A DNA stretch of 64,000 nucleotides from Candidatus Kaiserbacteria bacterium RIFCSPHIGHO2_01_FULL_54_36 (GCA_001781105.1 MFKV01000028.1:10428-74427), one strand, 5' to 3'; positions 18,709 to 28,303 are shown, counted from the stretch's first letter. Notes: generated by a model from the letters alone, not told the origin. Numbers and translations are program-made.

Positions 18709-20921
18709 GTATCTTTAATTCCCTTGGTTCAAATCACACTTTCTTCTCCGCGATCCGGATGCTCTTTACCGCAGGCGGCGCATCAGCGCCCAATAGTTTG
18801 CGTACGTATCTCGAGAAGCGGTATGGCGGGCGCGCGATCCTCACTTACAAGGGCCGTGAAGCCCTGGGCCTCGCATTCACATCCTTGCCGGCAGTTGGGG
18901 GGTCGATCGCGATCAATGGATTTACCTGCTGGGCTGTATTCGAGGCGCTCCATGCGAGCGGCTACAAAACTCATTATTTAGATATTTCAGACCACTCGCT
19001 GCACTTCTCTGCCGATGCGCTCAACGACGCGCTTACAGAAGATCAGTCTATTCGTGCGGTCGTGATCCAGAACACGCTTGGCATTCCATGCGACATCGAG
19101 CCGATCGCCGCTCTGTGCCGAGAACACAATATTGCACTTATTGAAGACCTCGCACACTCGATCGGCACCCAATATGCTTCGGGCCAAGAAGCAGGCACTG
19201 TGGGCGATCTCGTCGTGCTCTCATTTAGCCAAGACAAGGTTATCGACGCGGTCTCAGGTGGCGCACTTATCATACGCAACGAAAAATATGCCAAGCACCC
19301 CACGCTCACCCCAAAAAGAGTTGGCCTCGTTCATCAGATCAAAGACCGATTGTACCCTCTGTTTACCTGCATCATTAGGCAAAGCTATACATTCGGGCTT
19401 GGCGGCATCATCCACCAAATACTTCGCTCGCTCAATATGCTCTCGCGTCCGCTTTCCGATACTGAAACAAGCGAGCTGCATGGGCTTCCGGGATGGTATT
19501 GCGCCGTTATTCACGAAAAATATGTGGCGCTCGAAGCTGCTGCGAAACACCGACAGAAAATTGCGCAAGTATATACCGAGATGATCGATGCGAGGGTGCA
19601 GTTTCCCCGCCACGCGGCACCCGAGCATTCCGCAAACCTGCGATTTCCGCTTGTTCTTAATGGCCGCGATCTTCTCATCCAGCACCTAAAGAATAACGAT
19701 GTACACGTGGGCGATATTTGGTACGACGCGCCGGTGGGGCCGCAGCGCTTCCTGTATCGTACTGATTACTCTGGAGAGTGTCCGCGATCCGAAGATGTTG
19801 CAAGTAAGATCGTAAACCTGCCGACTCATATCAACGTATCTCCAGCGCAAGCACACATGATCGCAAGGGCGGTCAATGAGTGGTTAGCAGAACAATCTGG
19901 CGATGGATACAGCATACGGACGATCTCGCAAGAAGTTGTGTGGGAAGACTTTATGCGTGCAATGAAGCCGCACAGCTTTTTGCACTCATGGAAATGGGGC
20001 GAGCATTTCGAAAAAACTGGATCCAAGATCTTCCGTGTTGGTATCTACCACGGACACTCGCTCGCGGGTGTAGCACTACTCATTAAGGTAGCCGCTCGCC
20101 GCGGATTGTTCTTGCTCTGTCCTCACGGCCCATTGGTGGCCGAATCCGAAAATGAGGAAGAGGTCTTGCGGATGCTCGCTGCACATTGCACGCGCATCGC
20201 CGCGGACGAGCGATGCGATTTCATCCGCTTCTGCCCTCTCTTGCAAAGGAGCGCTGAACATAGCGCGATGTACCGACGCTTGGGCTTCAGTGACGCTCCG
20301 ATCCACATGCATCCTGAGATCTCATGGATGCTCGATATTACGAAATCCGAAGACGAGCTTTTGATGGGCATGCGCAAGACGACCCGGTACTTGATCAAGA
20401 AAATGGAGAAGGAAGGTGTCGTGATAACGACAAGCAAGGATCCTGCAGATATGGAGCACTTCTCGCGTATATATGAGGCAACCGTGGAGCGCCAGCAATT
20501 CACTCCCTTTAGTAAGAGCTACCTGCGGACCGAGTTCGAATTGTATGTAAAAGATGATCAAGCTCTTTTCTTTTTCGGCAAGCAGAAAGGCGTGCTCGTT
20601 GCAGCAGCAATCATTATTTTTTATAATGGTCAGGCGTTTTATCACCATTCTGGGTCGCTCTCGTCCGGCTCCAATGTCTCATACCTCCTACAGTGGCGAG
20701 TCATTCAGGAAGCGAAGCGCCGCGGATGCACGCTCTACAACTTCTGGGGCGTAGCGCCGGAACATAACTCTCGCCATGCATGGACTGGGCTTTCGCGTTT
20801 CAAGCGCGGATTCGGGGGATTTGCCGAACACTATCTGCATGCGCAAGACAAGGCTCTCACTGCGCGATACTTGCTCAATTATGTTATAGAAACGGTCCGC
20901 CGTATTCGGCGACACCTCTAA
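18705..20921 (+). CDS. Fusion protein: N-terminal DegT/DnrJ/EryC1-type PLP-dependent aminotransferase-like domain plus C-terminal FemAB-family (peptidoglycan branch peptidyl-transferase) domain
   Basis: The N-terminal half has IEDLAHSIGTQY...VVLSFSQDKVIDAVSGGALI (DegT family, with the Lys in SQDK as the candidate PLP lysine). The C-terminal half has ...FYNGQAFYHHSGS...LLQWRVIQEAKRRGCTLYNFWGV (FemAB family). ATGA overlap with the upstream gene. Confidence 0.75.
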   Translation: MSIFNSLGSNHTFFSAIRMLFTAGGASAPNSLRTYLEKRYGGRAILTYKGREALGLAFTSLPAVGGSIAINGFTCWAVFEALHASGYKTHYLDISDHSLHFSADALNDALTEDQSIRAVVIQNTLGIPCDIEPIAALCREHNIALIEDLAHSIGTQYASGQEAGTVGDLVVLSFSQDKVIDAVSGGALIIRNEKYAKHPTLTPKRVGLVHQIKDRLYPLFTCIIRQSYTFGLGGIIHQILRSLNMLSRPLSDTETSELHGLPGWYCAVIHEKYVALEAAAKHRQKIAQVYTEMIDARVQFPRHAAPEHSANLRFPLVLNGRDLLIQHLKNNDVHVGDIWYDAPVGPQRFLYRTDYSGECPRSEDVASKIVNLPTHINVSPAQAHMIARAVNEWLAEQSGDGYSIRTISQEVVWEDFMRAMKPHSFLHSWKWGEHFEKTGSKIFRVGIYHGHSLAGVALLIKVAARRGLFLLCPHGPLVAESENEEEVLRMLAAHCTRIAADERCDFIRFCPLLQRSAEHSAMYRRLGFSDAPIHMHPEISWMLDITKSEDELLMGMRKTTRYLIKKMEKEGVVITTSKDPADMEHFSRIYEATVERQQFTPFSKSYLRTEFELYVKDDQALFFFGKQKGVLVAAAIIIFYNGQAFYHHSGSLSSGSNVSYLLQWRVIQEAKRRGCTLYNFWGVAPEHNSRHAWTGLSRFKRGFGGFAEHYLHAQDKALTARYLLNYVIETVRRIRRHL

Positions 20922-21586
20922 CGAACCTTTGGCCACCTGTTGGCGGCCTCGGGCCAAAGCTTGGTAAGCGGATGCGTGATGCAATCGGTGTGCGGGCGGG
21001 CGGGGCAAATATAGCGACCGTGGAGTACGAGGCCATTGTTGACGTATTTCCAGTCTCTTTTTGGAATCAACGATTCCAGGTCTTTCGAGATCTTCGTAAG
21101 GTCCTCATTGTCAGTAAGGTCGAAGCGCTTGGCGAAGCGCTTCACATGCGTGTCCGTCGGTATTCCCTCCCAGATATTATAGAGCTCGCCAAGGACGACG
21201 TTGGCAGTCTTGTAGCCGACACCCGGAAGCGTTTGTAATTCACTGATAGTGCACGGCACACAGCCGCCGAAATCTTGTACGACTTTTTTTGCGGCCGCAA
21301 CGATGTGCTTTGCTTTGTTGCGAAAAAACGTGATGGCCGATATTTCTTTGGTGAATGTCTCGAGGTTTGCCCGTGCAAAATCCTTCGGCGTCTTATATTT
21401 CGTGAAGAGGTGCGCGTCGGTCACGCGATTCACTACCTTGTCGGTACACTGCGCCGACATGACGACCGCAACGACGAATTGGAAGGGCGTCTTATACGTG
21501 AGCTCGCTTTTGGGTTTGGGATACTCTTTTTTGAGATAGGCAACAATTTTTAGTGCTCGAGCGCGCCTTTGTCCTTCTTTGCCCAT
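20918..21586 (-). CDS. nth: Endonuclease III (Nth) family HhH-GPD glycosylase
   Basis: LPGVGYKTANVV and catalytic-region conservation. Only two Cys (CPARPHTDC) where the 4-Cys [4Fe-4S] loop is expected. Confidence 0.85.
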   Translation of the reverse strand: MGKEGQRRARALKIVAYLKKEYPKPKSELTYKTPFQFVVAVVMSAQCTDKVVNRVTDAHLFTKYKTPKDFARANLETFTKEISAITFFRNKAKHIVAAAKKVVQDFGGCVPCTISELQTLPGVGYKTANVVLGELYNIWEGIPTDTHVKRFAKRFDLTDNEDLTKISKDLESLIPKRDWKYVNNGLVLHGRYICPARPHTDCITHPLTKLWPEAANRWPKVR

Positions 21587-21588
21587 GT

Positions 21589-21921
21589 TTATTCCTCTAT
21601 TTCGGTTTTTGCCTTCAAGTATGCCTCAAGGAGCGCAGTTCGGGTTTTAATTGCCCCTTTTAAAATGTCGTTCACTTCTTCCTGATCGGGCTTTACCTGC
21701 GCCTGCAGGCGCAATATGTCTTCGTGTACTTCACCCGCCTCTATAACGCGATGCCCTAGCTCAACAAGCGCGTCATGTACTTCCTGTATGATCGGCTCAT
21801 GCGAGGCCATCAATTCTTGCGCTTCGCTAATTGCGATCTCTAGATCGCTTCTAACCTTTTCAATACGAGGGGCGCTCCACACCTCTCGGGGTCCGGTAAA
21901 ATTATCAGGGCTATTGCCCAT
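21589..21921 (-). CDS. Hypothetical acidic protein (110 aa)
   Basis: ORF tightly packed between nth and the next gene. No family recognised. Confidence 0.5.
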   Translation of the reverse strand: MGNSPDNFTGPREVWSAPRIEKVRSDLEIAISEAQELMASHEPIIQEVHDALVELGHRVIEAGEVHEDILRLQAQVKPDQEEVNDILKGAIKTRTALLEAYLKAKTEIEE

Positions 21922-21922
21922 A

Positions 21923-22393
21923 CTATTGGATCACAATAGGAATCGAAACAGAATCGTCGTTCTCGGGCATTCCCGATGGATTGTCCCGCAAAAGCACTAC
22001 CGTCGCCGGACCGGAATAATTCTCGATAGTGATCACCGACGTAAATGTGACTTGCTCTGTGGTCATCCACTCTCCTTGCGCCTGTGCAATGCCGTTGCCG
22101 ATGAAATCATTGTCGCCATCGACGATCTTGATCGGGAACGATGCTTCAAAGAACCACGGTCCGGGTGCGCTTCCTGAAACGACTAACGTCTTCCCGACTG
22201 TTGCATTGGCCTTTGGAGAAGTGACTATGACGCGAGCAGACAGTGGCTGATCGGGATCGGGTGTAGTGGTCGGGGATGTTGATGTGGCAGTCGGTGCCTC
22301 GACTGGTGATGGTACGGCAAAGAGCACCCACGCAAGGGCAATGATTACTGCAGTGAGAAGCAGTATGATACCCCACCATCCGCGCGTGCTCAT
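21923..22393 (-). CDS. Membrane-anchored Ig-like (Gmad2/GerM-like) domain protein
   Basis: MSTRGWWGIILLLTAV anchor followed by a beta-rich domain. Start trimmed to avoid overlap with the yvcK homologue. Confidence 0.5.
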   Translation of the reverse strand: MSTRGWWGIILLLTAVIIALAWVLFAVPSPVEAPTATSTSPTTTPDPDQPLSARVIVTSPKANATVGKTLVVSGSAPGPWFFEASFPIKIVDGDNDFIGNGIAQAQGEWMTTEQVTFTSVITIENYSGPATVVLLRDNPSGMPENDDSVSIPIVIQ

Positions 22394-22403
22394 ACGGTAT
22401 AGT

Positions 22404-23360
22404 CTACAACTCTGAGATGATCTTCGCAATTTTCTCAGAATCGTGCCGAGCGATGTCGGCTTCAAAGAAAAAGTCGCCAGTAATAACGTGTTCTGCACAG
22501 TCCTTCAGCGCCGAGTCGCAGAGCATCGGATATTTCTTTTCTTTTTCGTAGGATGCAAGGAGTGCCTTGGGGATGGCTTGAGTATTGCAGATGACATGAT
22601 CAAACTTCTCAAGACCACTGTAGATTAGAAGCTCTTTCATCATGTCAGAGCACGAAAAGCCATGAGTTTCTCCCCACTTGGTCATCAAATTACACACCGC
22701 GATCTTCTTTCCTTTGCTTTCTCGCAGCGCTTCCCTCATGCCTTCGACGCACAGTGTCGGAATGAGCGAAGAGTAGAGATCGCCGGGGCCTATAACGATC
22801 AGATCGGCAGCGCGAATGGCGCTTTCAGTTTCCTCATAGATGCGCGCGGGCGGATCGAGGAAGACTTTTTTGATGCGAAGAGTCGCATCATGTTTAGGGA
22901 TATCGATATTCGTCTCTCCCACGATCTCCGTGCCATCTTCGAGGATCGCATGTACGTGCGATTTATCAAGCGACACCGGCAATACCGTGCCTTTGATGTT
23001 GAGGAGCTCCGAAGCTTTGCGTATACCTTCTATCTCGCCTCCGTAGATGGAAGAAAGTGCTGCAAGAAAGAGGTTGCCAAAACTGTGCCCGTGCAAAGTG
23101 CTTCCACCGTTGTTGAATCGGTAGTTGAAAAGTTCACGCAAGATCTCCGCTTGGCCCTCGTCTGCAAGCGCCAAGAGGCCGCGGCGCACATCTCCTGGCG
23201 GCAAAATACCGAATTCGTCACGCAGCACTCCTGCGGATCCGCCGGAATCGAATGAAGTAAAAACGGCCGTGATATCGAGGGGGAACTCTTTAAGCCCGCG
23301 CAAGAGGGTGTAGCCGCCACTTCCCCCTCCGATGCGTACGATCCTTTTCATGCGCGTCAT
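22404..23360 (-). CDS. YvcK/CofD family protein (gluconeogenesis factor / 2-phospho-L-lactate transferase-like, UPF0052)
   Basis: RIVRIGGGSGG N-terminal motif, LPPGDVRR, and overall YvcK similarity. Confidence 0.85.
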   Translation of the reverse strand: MTRMKRIVRIGGGSGGYTLLRGLKEFPLDITAVFTSFDSGGSAGVLRDEFGILPPGDVRRGLLALADEGQAEILRELFNYRFNNGGSTLHGHSFGNLFLAALSSIYGGEIEGIRKASELLNIKGTVLPVSLDKSHVHAILEDGTEIVGETNIDIPKHDATLRIKKVFLDPPARIYEETESAIRAADLIVIGPGDLYSSLIPTLCVEGMREALRESKGKKIAVCNLMTKWGETHGFSCSDMMKELLIYSGLEKFDHVICNTQAIPKALLASYEKEKKYPMLCDSALKDCAEHVITGDFFFEADIARHDSEKIAKIISEL

Positions 23361-23475
23361 TATCGAACAACTTTATACCCCGTGAGATATTCGCGCAATG
23401 TAATCGCTGTACAAGCTTTCATTTTTGAAATCCAAATGAAGTCGCATACCAATTTTGTGCTCTTATCTCATGGGG

Positions 23476-24045
23476 TTATACCCGCACACCAAATTTTGCT
23501 AGCTCCTTCTTCACCGCCGCAAGCGGCAAGCCAGCCACATTATTGGAATCCCCCACGATGCTTGCTATCAGCTTCTCGCCTTTCCCTTGGATAGCATATC
23601 CGCCAGCATTTTTCAGCGACTCTCCTGTTCTCACGTACGCTACGATCTCGGTCGGTGAGAGTTTCCGCATTTTCACGCGGGTGGCGACCGTCTTCGTGAA
23701 CGTTCGGCCCGTTTTTGAATCGACGATCGCAAATCCGGTAATGAGCGTATGAGTTTTACCACTTAATGCAGTCAACATCTGTATGGCGCGCGCTTTGCCA
23801 TGCGGCTTGCCCAGCAGTTTGCCGCGAAATACCGCAAACGTGTCTGCTCCGAGAACGACGGCGTCTTGATGCTGCTTCGCGACCATGAGTGCTTTCCCCA
23901 GCGCCAAGTGCCTTGCAAGCGCGGGAGGCGGGAGCGGCAAGCCCATGTGTTCCTCATACCCGCTTTCCTGTACCTCAAACTCGATGCCGCTCTTTGCAAG
24001 GATCTTCTTGCGCCAGGGCGAGGCAGAGGCGAGGATGAGTTTCAT
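23476..24045 (-). CDS. maf: Maf-like nucleoside triphosphate pyrophosphatase
   Basis: LILASASPWRKKIL...GADT...GKP. Classic Maf. Confidence 0.9.
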   Translation of the reverse strand: MKLILASASPWRKKILAKSGIEFEVQESGYEEHMGLPLPPPALARHLALGKALMVAKQHQDAVVLGADTFAVFRGKLLGKPHGKARAIQMLTALSGKTHTLITGFAIVDSKTGRTFTKTVATRVKMRKLSPTEIVAYVRTGESLKNAGGYAIQGKGEKLIASIVGDSNNVAGLPLAAVKKELAKFGVRV

Positions 24046-24094
24046 TTGCGCACACTATTGCACACTGCCGCTTATACTGCTAGCATTGCCCTAC

Positions 24095-24235
24095 ACACCC
24101 CATACGTATCAAGAGTGCGGTGAGAGTTCTGGCTCTACGACCCGCCGGCAACTTGCTCGAGAATGTTGAAGAAGCCCTTCGACAAGCTCAGGGTAAAGTG
24201 CCCCATCCAGCCCTCACGGGAAGATGCTTTTGTCG
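24095..24235 (+). ncRNA. SAM-I (S-box) riboswitch aptamer
   Basis: TATCAAGAGTGCGGTGAGAGTTCTGGCTC...CCCGCCGGCAAC...AGTGCCCCATCCAGC...GGAAGATG aligns with the SAM-I consensus UAUCAAGAG.GGCGGAGGGACUGGCCC...CCCGGCAACC...GGUGCCAAUUCC...GAAAGAUG. It lies directly upstream of metK. Confidence 0.75.
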
Positions 24236-24239
24236 AAAG

Positions 24240-24275
24240 AATCTCCCTACAGGGAGATGTTTCGTTAGTGGGTGT
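24240..24275 (+). terminator. Riboswitch expression-platform terminator hairpin
   Basis: ATCTCCCTACAGGGAGATGTTTCGTT: stem TCTCCCT/AGGGAGA followed by a T-rich tract. Confidence 0.5.
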
Positions 24276-24321
24276 TTGTATTTACTACTTACTACGTTCT
24301 ACTTACTACTAACTATTCTAT

Positions 24322-25374
24322 ATGTTCCACTCATTAGAGAGATACACGGTAGAGAGCGTTACTTCAGGCCACCCCGACAAAGTCTGCGATCAGATATCCG
24401 ATGCGATACTCGATGCGTGCCTTAAACAAGACAGGTACAGCCGTGTTGCCGTAGAGAGTTTCGGCAGCCACGGCACCCTCATACTCGGCGGCGAGGTGAA
24501 GACCAGGGCAAAAGTCGATTTTGAAAGAATAGCGCGCAAGGTATACCGCGACATCGGATACACAGATACTTTGAAAGTACTTAATACGATTGCAAAGCAG
24601 TCGCCGGATATTGCAATGGGCGTTGATACGGGCGGCGCTGGCGATCAGGGAATCATGTACGGATACGCGACCAACGAGACAAAGGAAATGCTTCCGCTTG
24701 GTGTCGTCCTCTGTCACGCGCTCGCGCGAAGGCTCGAGAAGCTTCGGCGAGACAAAACTCTCAAATGGCTCAAGCCCGACGGCAAGACGCAAGTGACGAT
24801 CAGCAATGGCAAGGTCATCACTGCGCTCTGCTCGACACAGCACGATAAGAAAGTTTCTCAAGAAGAAATACGAAAACAGCTCATCAAGCATCTCTTTACA
24901 CCAATCTTGGGTAATCTGAAAAACATTGAAATACTCGTCAACCCGACAGGACAATTCATACTCGGCGGTTTTACCGCCGACGCCGGCTTGACCGGCCGCA
25001 AGATAATGGTGGATACCTACGGCGGGGTCATGCCGCATGGCGGCGGTGCATTCTCGGGCAAGGATGCTACGAAGGTAGACCGCTCGGCTGCGTACATGTG
25101 CCGTTTTGTTGCGAAAAATCTGGTGGCCAATGGCTATGCGAAAAAAGCGCTCGTATCGGTTGCCTACGCGATCGGTCGCGTAGAGCCAGTCATGATCGAA
25201 GCCTTCGATGAAAAAGGCAAAAACCTCACAAAGATCGTAAACGAACATTTCGATTTTCGTCCGCGCGCGATCATCAAGCGCCTCGGGCTCAATCGTCCGA
25301 TCTTTCAGGCAACCGCAGCCTACGGCCACTTCGGCGTCGCCGGCAGGCCGTGGGAGAAGATCGTTAAGATCTAA
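24322..25374 (+). CDS. metK: S-adenosylmethionine synthetase
   Basis: GHPDKVCDQISDAILDA and GGGAFSGKD motifs. Confidence 0.95.
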   Translation: MFHSLERYTVESVTSGHPDKVCDQISDAILDACLKQDRYSRVAVESFGSHGTLILGGEVKTRAKVDFERIARKVYRDIGYTDTLKVLNTIAKQSPDIAMGVDTGGAGDQGIMYGYATNETKEMLPLGVVLCHALARRLEKLRRDKTLKWLKPDGKTQVTISNGKVITALCSTQHDKKVSQEEIRKQLIKHLFTPILGNLKNIEILVNPTGQFILGGFTADAGLTGRKIMVDTYGGVMPHGGGAFSGKDATKVDRSAAYMCRFVAKNLVANGYAKKALVSVAYAIGRVEPVMIEAFDEKGKNLTKIVNEHFDFRPRAIIKRLGLNRPIFQATAAYGHFGVAGRPWEKIVKI

Positions 25375-27216
25375 CTATTCGACAGTAACGGATTTTGCGA
25401 GGTTGCGCGGGCGATCCACGTTGAGACCCTTTTCTTTCGCGAAATAGTACGCGAAAAGCTGCAAGGGCACGATGTTGAGAATGGGAGCGAGCATTTCAAG
25501 CGTACTCGGGACAAACAACACATCATTCACAAGCTTTCCGATCTCTGTGTCTCCTTCGGTCGCAAGCGCAATGACAGGGCCTTTGCGTGCCTTTATTTCG
25601 TGAATGTTGGATACATTCTTTTCATACACGCTGTCTTGGGGCACGATCGCGAATGTTGGAAAGTGCTCGTCTATCATCGCGATGGGGCCATGCTTCATCT
25701 CCCCGGCTCCATATCCTTCCGCGTGGATATATGAAATTTCTTTCAATTTCAGTGCGCCTTCGAATGCTACGGGATAGTTGTACTTGCGCCCGATAAAAAT
25801 AAAGTCCCGCACTCCCGCGTACTTCTTCGCAATTTTCTCAATCTTCTGTTTCGTGTCGAGTATGTGCTGTACTTTATTCGGCAATTCTTTGAGCGCGAGC
25901 GCGATTTCCTTAGCGGTCTTCTCCGACATCCCGCCCTGGCCGGGCAGGCGCTGCCGCCCTAGGAATATCGTAAGGAGCACCAGCGCGGCGAGCTCTGAAA
26001 TAAGTGCTTTCGTAGAGGCGACGCTTACTTCCGGCCCTGCGTGATTGTAGACTCCGGCATCGGTCTCACGAGCAATCGTACTACCGACGGCGTTGACGAT
26101 ACCGAGCGTGAGCGCGCCTCTGCGTTTCCCTTCTCGTACCGCTTCGAGCGTATCGAGAGTCTCTCCTGATTGTGAGATAGCGATGAGGGCAGTCCTTTGA
26201 TTCAAAACGGGAGAGCGATAGCGAAATTCGCTCGCATGCTCTACCTCGACTGGAATACCTGCGAATTCCTCGAGCATGTACTCACCGATGAGACCGGCGA
26301 TATGGGCCGATCCGCACGCCACAATGATGATGCGTTCTATCTGTGCGAGTTCTGTGGCGACACTTTCAAGCCCTCCGAGTTTCACCATTCCTTTCTCGGC
26401 AATTAATCGCCCGCGAAGGGTATTTTCGATCACATCTGGACCCTCCATTATTTCCTTGAGCATGAAGTGCTCATAGCCACCCTTTTGTGCTTCCTCGGCA
26501 TTCCAATCGATCTCGGTAGCGATGCGATTCACTTTCGTCGCATCAAGCTTGGTGATGCTGTGGCCATCGGGTGTAATGATAGCGACCTCGCCATCTTCGA
26601 GAAAAACCACCTTTTTCGTATGCGGCAAGATCGGCGAAGGGTCCGACGCGATAAAATGTTCGCCATCGCCAAGACCGAGCACTATTGGGCTGCCCATACG
26701 CGCGGCGATTATTTTGTCAGGCTCGCCCTTGTACTGAAGCGCGATTCCATAGGTGCCGCGCACTTCGTTGAGCGCCATGAGCGCGGCTTTTTCAAAATCC
26801 TTGGTTTTCTTTAAGTGCTCCTCCACAAGGTGCGGGAGAACTTCTGTATCGGAGTCAGATAGAAACGTATGTCCTTGGACGACCAGCTTTGCCTTCAATT
26901 CTTTGAAATTCTCGATAATACCGTTGTGCACGACCCATATTTCGCCATCGCCGCTTGCATGCGGGTGCGCGTTCTTCTCCGTAGGCTCGCCGTGCGTTGC
27001 CCAGCGTAGATGCGCGATGCCACTTTTGCCGGTAAAGCTTGCTGGCATTTTCTTGCGCAGTTCTGCGACCGCCCCCGGAGTTTTAATACTGCCGGATTCC
27101 GGTGTATAGATGCCGGCTGAATCGTAGCCGCGATACTCGAGCGAGAGCAGTCCATCGAGAAGAACGCCCCCGGCGTCTTTCCCGTTTTTTCCTGTATAGG
27201 CAAAAATGCCACACAT
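25375..27216 (-). CDS. glmS: Glutamine--fructose-6-phosphate aminotransferase
   Basis: MCGIFAY N-terminal nucleophile and two SIS domains. 613 aa. Confidence 0.97.
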   Translation of the reverse strand: MCGIFAYTGKNGKDAGGVLLDGLLSLEYRGYDSAGIYTPESGSIKTPGAVAELRKKMPASFTGKSGIAHLRWATHGEPTEKNAHPHASGDGEIWVVHNGIIENFKELKAKLVVQGHTFLSDSDTEVLPHLVEEHLKKTKDFEKAALMALNEVRGTYGIALQYKGEPDKIIAARMGSPIVLGLGDGEHFIASDPSPILPHTKKVVFLEDGEVAIITPDGHSITKLDATKVNRIATEIDWNAEEAQKGGYEHFMLKEIMEGPDVIENTLRGRLIAEKGMVKLGGLESVATELAQIERIIIVACGSAHIAGLIGEYMLEEFAGIPVEVEHASEFRYRSPVLNQRTALIAISQSGETLDTLEAVREGKRRGALTLGIVNAVGSTIARETDAGVYNHAGPEVSVASTKALISELAALVLLTIFLGRQRLPGQGGMSEKTAKEIALALKELPNKVQHILDTKQKIEKIAKKYAGVRDFIFIGRKYNYPVAFEGALKLKEISYIHAEGYGAGEMKHGPIAMIDEHFPTFAIVPQDSVYEKNVSNIHEIKARKGPVIALATEGDTEIGKLVNDVLFVPSTLEMLAPILNIVPLQLFAYYFAKEKGLNVDRPRNLAKSVTVE

Positions 27217-27322
27217 CGGGCCACTTTATCACGCCTAGCGAGGATTCGAAATGCAAGCTTGTTTGCATTTCGTCCGAGCGACGGCGCGATACGATACCTA
27301 GTAGCACGTTTGCCCCGAAAAA

Positions 27323-28303
27323 TTAACGGAGCAAAATGTCTGCGATGTTCGCACGAAATCGATTGATCGCAGAGTTCGCCAACGCTGCGTCTGGCGGGCG
27401 CTTGGGGTACGTGCGGTTGGAAAGAATGGCAAATGCGACACCTCGCTCCACATCAACAACAACCGACGTGCCGGTGAATCCTGTTTTGCCGAATGTGTGC
27501 GGTCTATTCATGAGCTCCCAGCCCCAGCCTTTTTGTGCACCTTCCGCAATTGCTGGCAGCTCGCCTTGCAAGACGCGCTCAAGAAAATTCAGGAGGTCGG
27601 GCGCGGTAGAGAAAAGCCCGGCGTGCCCGCATGCACGATCGCTCTTTGCAAAAATGTACGCGCTCTCATCATGCGGGAATCCACACACTTCGCCGCGCCA
27701 CTCGTCGATCTCCGTAGGCGCGATCTCATCTTTCTTATCAGGAAGGTCGCGAAATGGAAAGAATGTCGTTCGCTGCATCTGAAGTGGTCCGAAAAAATAC
27801 TTTCTAGCGAGGCTCTCAAGCGGCTGATCGGCAGCCCGCTCAATGGCAAGCCCAAGGAGAAGCGCCGGGAGGTTCGTATAGTTCGATTCGCCCGAAGGCG
27901 CGTCGAACCCACGTTCAAAAATGTGCTCCAAGATCCCCTCGGCAGTTTTATCTTTCAGGGTCGAAAGTTTGGGTCCGCGGACGCGGTAGGTCAGCAGGTC
28001 TTCGATGGTCGCCTGGTGATCGTTCTTAAGTTCGGGCAGGTACTCCACTATGCGGTCTGTGGCTCGCAGCTTCCCTTCCGCGATGAGGGCGAGCGCGAGC
28101 GATGCGGTGGGAATGGATTTGGTGATAGAAGCGAGGTCGTAAATGGTGTCCTCCCTGACGGCCGCTGAATTCGGCTCATAGGTAAAATTCCCGAATGCCA
28201 AAATCTCTTTGGTCTTATTCGGGCGAATAAGTCCTATAACACACCCCGGAAACACCTTCTCCGAGATGGCTCTTTCTGTTCGGACGGTTATTTCGCTATG
28301 CAT
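27323..28303 (-). CDS. Serine hydrolase of the beta-lactamase/PBP (class C-like) family
   Basis: SITKS (SxxK) active-site motif and overall AmpC/DD-peptidase-like fold signals. Confidence 0.75.
   Translation of the reverse strand: MHSEITVRTERAISEKVFPGCVIGLIRPNKTKEILAFGNFTYEPNSAAVREDTIYDLASITKSIPTASLALALIAEGKLRATDRIVEYLPELKNDHQATIEDLLTYRVRGPKLSTLKDKTAEGILEHIFERGFDAPSGESNYTNLPALLLGLAIERAADQPLESLARKYFFGPLQMQRTTFFPFRDLPDKKDEIAPTEIDEWRGEVCGFPHDESAYIFAKSDRACGHAGLFSTAPDLLNFLERVLQGELPAIAEGAQKGWGWELMNRPHTFGKTGFTGTSVVVDVERGVAFAILSNRTYPKRPPDAALANSAINRFRANIADILLR

Noticed and set aside
24364-25329. 321-aa minus-strand ORF
   Set aside because: Antisense to metK and lacks motifs, whereas metK is unambiguous.
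27217-27322. Possible glmS ribozyme upstream of glmS
   Set aside because: The 106-nt leader has only a simple 9-bp hairpin (GAAATGCAA...TTGCATTTC). It has none of the glmS ribozyme core sequence or length.
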